A stretch of DNA of 64,000 nucleotides, from NCBI GenBank assembly GCA_963977015.1, contig CAXBMO010000002.1, positions 224,001-288,000 on the forward strand, read 5' to 3'. The notes below the pieces were generated by a model. The model was not told the origin of the DNA. It was given only the letters and a program-made list of their open reading frames with translations, and searched no databases. Position numbers and translations under genes: made by a program. This DNA is from an uncultured bacterium (lineage in GTDB: Bacteria > Verrucomicrobiota > Verrucomicrobiia > Verrucomicrobiales > DEV007). This document shows positions 57,253 through 64,000 of the stretch, in pieces (the first letter of the stretch is position 1; every line of letters begins with the position of its first letter).

Positions 57253-58593
57253 TTACGTAACTGGCCGAAAGCTCACTCGAACCTCTACCAACTGACTGAG
57301 AACATACGCTATCCACAGAAAGATCGCTGGAAAAACTGGAATCAAATACCGCGGTTCTGCCGGTAATAAGAGAACACCACAAAAATAGATTCCAAAGCAA
57401 AGAAGTAGCAGCTTTATCGCCATGTGGACGTCCCTCCATTTCCAAAGCGTGACAATGGTTGCCCCCGCCATTCCCAAGAAGACGACAAAACCCGTTAGCG
57501 CCCAAACCAGTTTCGGAAAGTTCTCAAATTTTCGAGATCGTGGAACATTGAAAAATACACGACACAGGTTTGCCGCATAATTTCTCACCAAGGCCTTTTC
57601 AACACCTTCGCTTTCGAGATGTTTTTTGACTCCCTCCATCCATCGTTCTTCTCGCTCGATGGGAGGTAGTTCACTGGCCGACTGGATGAACGAAAGGTGA
57701 TTCTCCGCGAGAAGCGGATCACCCTTCACCCATTTCTCTTGAAGCCAGCTCCCGTATTCACCTTCGTGAGGACTCGTAATCCAATAGAGCAACTCGGTTC
57801 CGTTGGTGGCCCAACAAAAAACTTTCCCCGTATGATGGTGCGTGTAAGAAAGATAAGGAATGCAAAAAATCAGCGCTGCGACAAACGGGATCGTCGCAGC
57901 CTTAAGCTTCTCTCGATATCCATCGATGAGGCAGAGTACCGGAGCGGAGAGCAATGCGCCTAGGGCCACATACCCAAACATCGTCCTGGTCATCGCAAGC
58001 CACGCAAAAGCGAGCCCTGCGAGTATGACCAACTTCCAGGAAAAAGACTTCGCCTGAAGCCCCTTGATATAAGCCCAGGCAAATAGCCCGAACAACATGG
58101 GCGTCACGTTTTCAGTCATGATCATGGGGACCCAACGCAGTTGGAACGGGTTAAGCGCCATTGCCAACATCACAGCCAGAGCCCATCGACTTGGGATGAG
58201 TAGTTTCGAGGCAAAATAGATCGCCAGATACCCGATCGCGAGGAATGGAATATTGAGAAGCCGAAGTGGCAACAGCCGCCATTTCAAATTTTTCAGGGGT
58301 TCTCCAGATTCGCCAGGAACATAGAACTCAAAAGTGTCTGGATCTTGAATCATTCGATCAAATTCAAACCCAAGCAATCCCATCACTGGAGCCAACAACA
58401 TCGGGTATCCCGGCCCATTCGTGAAATCCGGCAGCTTTTCTTCTACAAAATAGCCTTTGGTCAGATTGTTTGCCCCTGAAAAATAGCGGGGTTCATCATT
58501 GAGAAGCTGATCGGGGCTCAAGAAGATAATGAGCAGGAGGTGGAAAATCGACAATCCCAACACGGTCCGAAACAGGAGCTTCTCCCTTTCCAT
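57253..58593 (-). CDS. GT-C fold glycosyltransferase (ArnT/PMT-like)
   Basis: DEPRY after TM1, PGYP, MTE and EPRY near the C-terminus; many TM helices. Start placed at ATG 58593. Confidence 0.7.
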   Translation of the reverse strand: MEREKLLFRTVLGLSIFHLLLIIFLSPDQLLNDEPRYFSGANNLTKGYFVEEKLPDFTNGPGYPMLLAPVMGLLGFEFDRMIQDPDTFEFYVPGESGEPLKNLKWRLLPLRLLNIPFLAIGYLAIYFASKLLIPSRWALAVMLAMALNPFQLRWVPMIMTENVTPMLFGLFAWAYIKGLQAKSFSWKLVILAGLAFAWLAMTRTMFGYVALGALLSAPVLCLIDGYREKLKAATIPFVAALIFCIPYLSYTHHHTGKVFCWATNGTELLYWITSPHEGEYGSWLQEKWVKGDPLLAENHLSFIQSASELPPIEREERWMEGVKKHLESEGVEKALVRNYAANLCRVFFNVPRSRKFENFPKLVWALTGFVVFLGMAGATIVTLWKWRDVHMAIKLLLLCFGIYFCGVLLLPAEPRYLIPVFPAIFLWIAYVLSQLVEVRVSFRPVT

Positions 58594-58675
58594 TATTTCA
58601 CCCAATATACCTTTCTTCGCCTCGACGAAGAGTTGCGCCTGCGTCGCAAAATTTACGACTCCCGACCTGAGTGTT

Positions 58676-59983
58676 TCAAGCTGCGTTGCCACTGTTTCGA
58701 GAATTTCGGAAGAAGTGGCCCAGGCACAGCCCTTTCTGCAAAAGCAAACCGACACCGACGGCCAATGCCATGCCCAAGGGGCCAAAGACGGGGATGAAGG
58801 CGAATGAAAGCAGAATGGTGGTGACCGTTCGAACCATTGAAAACATTGCCATCCGCTTGGTGTGCCCCATCATGAGAACCAGTTCGTTGGCTGGCCCCAA
58901 GACCAGAGAAACTACCGTAAACGCGAGAAACGTTTGCAGGATAGGAGCGGCTTCGGCAAACCCCGGCCCGAAGAGCCGCATTACCGGCGAGGCAAAGAGG
59001 AGAACCAGCACCAAAGGCACCCCAAGCACTTTCAACCCATTGACAATGCTGCCCCGATAAATTTGAGCCGTAAGAGCCCAATCTTTCGCATGTCCGGAAC
59101 GGGAAAGTCTTGGCATCGCCACGGAATGGATTGCGGCTGCCAGCAAATCAAACAGCATAAACAAGCGATAAGCCGTGGTGAGAAAGGAGACCGACTCGGC
59201 AGGAAACATGCTTTCCAATACAGCCAGCGGAATCACATAGGTTAGCGCCGTGAAAATGGTCGAGCTGAAAATCGGAACCCCGGCACGGAGCTTCTCAACC
59301 ACCTCCTTCGCTTCAGGAATGTGAAAGGGTAAGCCAAGCTTCGAGAATCCTGGACCAAAAGGAGCAAGAAATCCTGTGACGAAAAATGCTACGCTATAAC
59401 AAACCAATGCGTTCCCTGCCGTCAATCCCTTCCCCAACACCACGATGGCAAGCAGGAAAATGAATCCGGCCACAAACTGGCGATACAGAATCGCGAGCAA
59501 TGGATAACCACCACCTTTCATCGATTCTCCATTTACCCTGCACATGGCCATCCCCCCTATCCCTATTGGAAGCATGCAGTACCACAGGAGCGATCTGGAA
59601 ATCTCTTTCTGAGCCAGTAACGCATACCCAATCAATACGGCTCCGACGAAGGCTGAAAACGTGATGGCGATCGTTCGAACCACTCCCAGGAAATGCGCAT
59701 GCGCGACGCGATTGCCATCAAGCCTGGGGACTTGCTGAAGCGCCAGACCATCAAGGCCAAAGGTGGCCACATGCCCAAATGACATAAGGATCGCTGACCA
59801 GAAGAAGAAATCCCCGGACCTTTCTTCGCCCAAGGTCCTGGCGATCCACACGGTAGCCAGAAACTGAAGAAACGCCGCAGCCATCCTGAAGCCGGGAACC
59901 AAAACCGATCTCAACCAACCCAGATCAGCAATTGTTGGAACTCGGCGATTCAGTCTTGTTACGGGTTGAGGCGCGTCAATCAT
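58676..59983 (-). CDS. Wzx-like oligosaccharide flippase (MOP superfamily)
   Basis: About 12 TM helices; ARTLG..G.F, LFGPGFAEA.PIL and IPVFGPLG.A. Confidence 0.85.
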   Translation of the reverse strand: MIDAPQPVTRLNRRVPTIADLGWLRSVLVPGFRMAAAFLQFLATVWIARTLGEERSGDFFFWSAILMSFGHVATFGLDGLALQQVPRLDGNRVAHAHFLGVVRTIAITFSAFVGAVLIGYALLAQKEISRSLLWYCMLPIGIGGMAMCRVNGESMKGGGYPLLAILYRQFVAGFIFLLAIVVLGKGLTAGNALVCYSVAFFVTGFLAPFGPGFSKLGLPFHIPEAKEVVEKLRAGVPIFSSTIFTALTYVIPLAVLESMFPAESVSFLTTAYRLFMLFDLLAAAIHSVAMPRLSRSGHAKDWALTAQIYRGSIVNGLKVLGVPLVLVLLFASPVMRLFGPGFAEAAPILQTFLAFTVVSLVLGPANELVLMMGHTKRMAMFSMVRTVTTILLSFAFIPVFGPLGMALAVGVGLLLQKGLCLGHFFRNSRNSGNAA

Positions 59984-60016
59984 TCAAATTCCCGGGCGGC
60001 GGGATTGAAAATTATA

Positions 60017-61978
60017 CTAGGAAAGAGCAATTGCCGCACCGTTTCTCCAACTGCCTTTCGGATCTACCAGAAGTAGAGAAATTGGCGGCATTTGGTCGCG
60101 ATGTATGTCCCGAATACTTTCGTCCAACGCTCGTTTCGCGATCGTCCCCTTTCCGACCACTACCAGATTCTGATCCACAAGTGGAGATAGCATCTTCACA
60201 AACATCTCCTCCCGGGGCCCTCTCGCCTCCACAAAGACATGATCAAACTTCTCTTTCAGTTCTGCCATTTTCTCGCTCATTCCCCTGCCACTGAAGGCAG
60301 ACTCCGCTGAAACGATCATCTCCCAAAGATTCTCAAATTTCGTTTCACGACACGTTGCGTGTTCCAGATCTTCGCCACTCTTCGAATCGACAATCACGAG
60401 TAAACATTTCGCTCCTGATCTCGCCGAAGCGGCGGCAACCAGATTGGTCACATCCTCGCCGACGCCATTCAATTGCGGTGCTGAAATTTGGGTCGTCTTT
60501 CGCTCGGAAATTCCCAACGAATGAACCAGCACCGCAGCATCCTGGCTTTTTGATGGGCCACCGGACGCTCCCAAGTCAGCAACTACCGGAAGTCCCAAAC
60601 GGTGCTGCAACTGGCTCTTGTCCGTGTATGGCACGCCTCGCAAGATCAGGAATGCGATCCAGGCGCAGGTCAGGAAGCCTCCCACCGCAACGGCGACCAG
60701 CATCGCAATGAATAAGCTTGGGCTGGCCTTCTTATGCGGTGTCAATGGCTCTGATATTACTGTCGCAATGTTCCCTGAAGCCGATTGGGAAAAACTCTGA
60801 CCAAGTTGAGCCTGCAGACTCTCGTGAACCAACCACTCGCGCTCAGCCTGTTGTTGAAGGACCCTAAACTCAGAGCTCAGGGACTTCAGCTTTACCAACC
60901 CCTTCTGCAGCTCATTAACCTGCTTCCTCAGCGAATCCTCCTTTGCCTGGGCGGCTACATATTTTGACTGAATGGCGACTTTGATTCCGCTCACCAATTC
61001 TCGTAGCTGGTCCGAATTTTTCCGGTATTCGCTGGCTGCAGACTGGTAGGTTGGGTGTGAATTCCCCCACTCTTCCGCAATCGCAGCAAGCCGCGCTCCG
61101 GAACTGGTCCTTTGGCTGAGAAGATCCGACACGTGAGGCATGGACTGATAACCTCCAAGCTCGACCACAGCAATTGGTGAGGACTCCGAATCCACACCTG
61201 CAAGAGCGGCAGCCTGCCCCTCCAACTCAGTCCGAAGTCGGACCGCCAAATTGAGTTCTTCGCTGAACTGCGAAAGCCGAACGGCATAGAGATCGTGATC
61301 CTGCTCGACAGGAAAATCCGGGTGCGCCTCACGAAAATCACGAATCTTCTTTTCTGCCAACAACGCGGAGGCTCTCGCCTTTTCAGCCTGTGCCTCCAAA
61401 CGCAACCGGGCTCCGATGACCTCCTTTTGTCGCTGTTCATTGAGGAAAGCCTCAAATTCGGTGGCAAACGCGCTCGCAATGGCGCGCGCTCGTTCGGGAT
61501 CCGGATCCATTGAGGCAATTTCCACGATCCGCGTGCCCGGCAACAATTTTGCACTAAAACGATTCTTCCTTAGGTAATCCACCAGTTGGGAATCGGATAG
61601 ATCCGCAACCTTTTGCAGGCTGGCAGGAAGGAAGTCTTTATCCTCCCGCAGTGCAAGGTGCTCGACAACTCTCACAATCATGGAATCGGCAACCATCGCC
61701 ACCTCGAGTGAGGCCAAAGAATCCAAATCTGTTGAATTACCTTCAATCTGCTCAAACTGAATGATCTGATCGAACCTGGGGTCGATCAGCAACAAGGCTG
61801 TTCCCTTATAGAGCGGCTCCTGCGAAAAATAGTAAACCAGGCCAATGATTCCGCATAAGATAGGGATTCCTATGATAATGCGAAAGTACCGCCGAATTAT
61901 ATAGGCAATATCGAAGGCGTCGAGGATTGGATCCACGTCTGAACCATTCGGGGTTCGTTGCTCGGGCAAGGCGTTCAA
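60017..61978 (-). CDS. Polysaccharide co-polymerase (GumC/Wzc-like) with degenerate kinase domain
   Basis: TM1, P.Y..TA, DPERA..IA, long coiled coils, HPTY, P....SP-TM2, then LGLPVV and a cytoplasmic domain lacking Walker motifs. Confidence 0.85.
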   Translation of the reverse strand: MNALPEQRTPNGSDVDPILDAFDIAYIIRRYFRIIIGIPILCGIIGLVYYFSQEPLYKGTALLLIDPRFDQIIQFEQIEGNSTDLDSLASLEVAMVADSMIVRVVEHLALREDKDFLPASLQKVADLSDSQLVDYLRKNRFSAKLLPGTRIVEIASMDPDPERARAIASAFATEFEAFLNEQRQKEVIGARLRLEAQAEKARASALLAEKKIRDFREAHPDFPVEQDHDLYAVRLSQFSEELNLAVRLRTELEGQAAALAGVDSESSPIAVVELGGYQSMPHVSDLLSQRTSSGARLAAIAEEWGNSHPTYQSAASEYRKNSDQLRELVSGIKVAIQSKYVAAQAKEDSLRKQVNELQKGLVKLKSLSSEFRVLQQQAEREWLVHESLQAQLGQSFSQSASGNIATVISEPLTPHKKASPSLFIAMLVAVAVGGFLTCAWIAFLILRGVPYTDKSQLQHRLGLPVVADLGASGGPSKSQDAAVLVHSLGISERKTTQISAPQLNGVGEDVTNLVAAASARSGAKCLLVIVDSKSGEDLEHATCRETKFENLWEMIVSAESAFSGRGMSEKMAELKEKFDHVFVEARGPREEMFVKMLSPLVDQNLVVVGKGTIAKRALDESIRDIHRDQMPPISLLLVDPKGSWRNGAAIALS

Positions 61979-62005
61979 AGCAGAGTTGGGGAGTTAAATG
62001 ATCCG

Positions 62006-63508
62006 TTAACAAGCACCTTTACGTGTCAGCACGGTCTTGATGAGAATGTAGAAATCGAGAAAGAGGTTCCAGTTCTCGATATAATGAAGGTCGTAGCGTA
62101 TGCGTTCGCTCAGATCGGTATCTCCCCTCAAGCCATTCACTTGAGCCCAACCAGTCAGTCCTGGCTTGATATTGTGACGAGCGTTGTAGTGCGGAATCTG
62201 ACTTTTGAATCTTGCGATCAATTCAGGCCGCTCCGGTCGCGGACCGATCAAACTCATTTCCCCTTTGAGAACATTCCAGAATTGAGGGAGTTCATCGATA
62301 TTCCACGACCTCATCAACTTTCCAATTTTGAGGCACCTCGGATCGTCTTTCACCGTCCATCCCGGACCGTTTCCATTTTCGGCGTCCAACCGCATCGTGC
62401 GAAGTTTAATCATCTCGAAAGGCTTCCCTCCAAATCCCAATCGTTTCTGCCGGTAGAAGATGTCGCCTTTGCTTTCCCGGTAGACAAGAATACCGAACAG
62501 GGCAATCAACGGAGCGGCCAGAATCAGTCCAACAAATGCACCAATGATGTCTACGACCCGCTTGAGATAGGTATTAAATCCTGAATGAAGAGGCAACCGG
62601 GTGACCCCCAGCACCGGAACACCATGGACTGACTTCACACTGAGTCCGGAGAGAAGAGCGGGAAAGCAATTTGGAATCAGTTCAAAGTCCACCATCTCTC
62701 TTTCACAAAGCTCTGCAATGCCGGCCAACTCCTCACGAGAAAGATCCAAATCCCCCACCAGCACATTGTCTACCGAGTGCTCACCGATCACTGATTCCAG
62801 TCCCTTGTAGTTTCCCAGCACAACGACTTCAGAGGGCAACTCCGCCGAAGAGTCCATCCCTTCCGCTAGCAGCACACCTACGATCTCCAGTTCGGAAGTC
62901 CGGTCCGTCCTGACCACGTTGACGATCTGTTGAACACTGGGAGTCCAACCGATCAGAAGAGTCCTCTTTCGAAGCGAGGCAACTTTTGACGGGACGATGT
63001 AATGGGTAAAAACCAGCCTCCAGTAGGTGAGCCCTCCAATCATCAAAAGTGCACTGACCACACAGTAAACCCGGCTGATTGAGGGCTGGATCTTAAGAAT
63101 CAGAGACAGCGCGAGGAAGACCCCCAGCCACGCGAGAGTGGAGCTTACAACCACGTTCAACTCGTGAGCGGAGGAGAGGAGTTTCTGGTGTTCGTAGGCC
63201 CCACGGTGGCAAAGCGCCAGAGCCATCACTGACGTCCCCAGAACAATCTGGCCAAGATAGTTCCCCAACGTTGGAACGACGTCTGCCGCCTCTCCAAATT
63301 GCGAAAGCGACGTATGAAATCGAAGCCACCACGCAAAACAAAGCGCGCTGGCGACTACCACAATGTCGCCCGCCGAAACCAGAACCACCAATCGAGATCC
63401 TGCGGATTTCGGGTAGAATTTTTTCTTTTCCGGTTTGCCCGCGCTTGATGTCAAAACATCGGTTGGCGCTGGACGATCCAGTGGGATGTCTTGGACAACA
63501 TCGTGCAT
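62006..63508 (-). CDS. Polyprenyl-phosphate glycosylphosphotransferase (WcaJ-like priming transferase)
   Basis: Motifs KRVVDI, DDPR, IDELPQFWNVLKGEMSLIGPRPERP, KPGLTGWAQVNG and DLHYIENW. Confidence 0.94.
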   Translation of the reverse strand: MHDVVQDIPLDRPAPTDVLTSSAGKPEKKKFYPKSAGSRLVVLVSAGDIVVVASALCFAWWLRFHTSLSQFGEAADVVPTLGNYLGQIVLGTSVMALALCHRGAYEHQKLLSSAHELNVVVSSTLAWLGVFLALSLILKIQPSISRVYCVVSALLMIGGLTYWRLVFTHYIVPSKVASLRKRTLLIGWTPSVQQIVNVVRTDRTSELEIVGVLLAEGMDSSAELPSEVVVLGNYKGLESVIGEHSVDNVLVGDLDLSREELAGIAELCEREMVDFELIPNCFPALLSGLSVKSVHGVPVLGVTRLPLHSGFNTYLKRVVDIIGAFVGLILAAPLIALFGILVYRESKGDIFYRQKRLGFGGKPFEMIKLRTMRLDAENGNGPGWTVKDDPRCLKIGKLMRSWNIDELPQFWNVLKGEMSLIGPRPERPELIARFKSQIPHYNARHNIKPGLTGWAQVNGLRGDTDLSERIRYDLHYIENWNLFLDFYILIKTVLTRKGAC

Positions 63509-63955
63509 TTATCTAAGGAAGGAGGAATTAATCTGCCGGATCAAGGAAGCCGAGATCCCTGCTACAATTGGCTCAAGAATTAGAATTTCAATATTATATT
63601 TACAACTATTTGCAGAATTACGACGCTTTTATGATAAAAATTATAAAAACTTCCTCATCACCTGCTTCTCGTAAACTTTCAAATTTTAAACTCCACAAAC
63701 CGCAATCATGGCTCGCCCTCCCGATCCGCCATGACAATAACCTCTCAGCCTCAGCCGCTTGAGAGATCGCAGCGGACTTTGAGCGACGAGTAGAAGAAAA
63801 ACCGGGACCAGAAATCGAACAAATGGGAGCGGGTTCTCTCCAAGCCCACACCTCACCCGGATTCACGAATCCCGCTGCCCCTGAAATATTTCAGCAAAAA
63901 TAGCGTGTGTTCTGGACGGCCCCAATCAATGCTTTTTTCCCTTTCGCCTCACGAC

Positions 63956-63994
63956 AACTCGCAATTCCGCTTTGCTCCGGAAGTTGCGAGTTTT
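63956..63994. terminator. Strong hairpin, possible intrinsic terminator
   Basis: AACTCGCAATTCCG pairs with CGGAAGTTGCGAGTT (14 bp with one bulge); TTTT at 63991-63994. Confidence 0.5.
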
Positions 63995-64000
63995 GCGTTG

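Overview
The window is ordinary-looking, gene-dense bacterial chromosome. The taxonomy is inferred, not established: most likely Verrucomicrobiota (PVC superphylum), judged from the hypothetical-protein families and domain fusions. It holds about 53 CDSs and one tRNA-Leu(CAG) gene that does not encode CCA. Housekeeping genes include fabV, aroD, a DinG/YoaA helicase, an A-type Fe-S carrier, a CCA-adding enzyme, ileS and an LptF/G permease. Other content includes a split monosaccharide ABC transporter, a sensor kinase and response regulator pair, a radical SAM enzyme and a BrnT/BrnA-type toxin-antitoxin pair. Several cell-surface proteins have unusual fusions: an octaheme-HEAT-TPR lipoprotein, a PEGA-FGE protein, a pilin-VWA adhesin and an ankyrin-repeat L,D-transpeptidase. 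The last 12.5 kb is a Wzx/Wzy-type exopolysaccharide locus with two tandem OPX exporters and a Wzc-like protein whose kinase motifs are degenerate. I saw no integrase, transposase, prophage or CRISPR array. I cannot claim a clearly new system. The best leads are (i) a multi-hairpin, possibly switchable 80-nt leader in front of the tRNA, (ii) a near-identical 20-bp AT-rich motif beside both polysaccharide priming-transferase genes, with its core also before the OPX genes, (iii) the atypical EPS export machinery, (iv) an ABC permease with a 120-aa inserted domain, and (v) the ankyrin-LDT fusion. All calls come from reading motifs by eye; no searches or folding programs were run.
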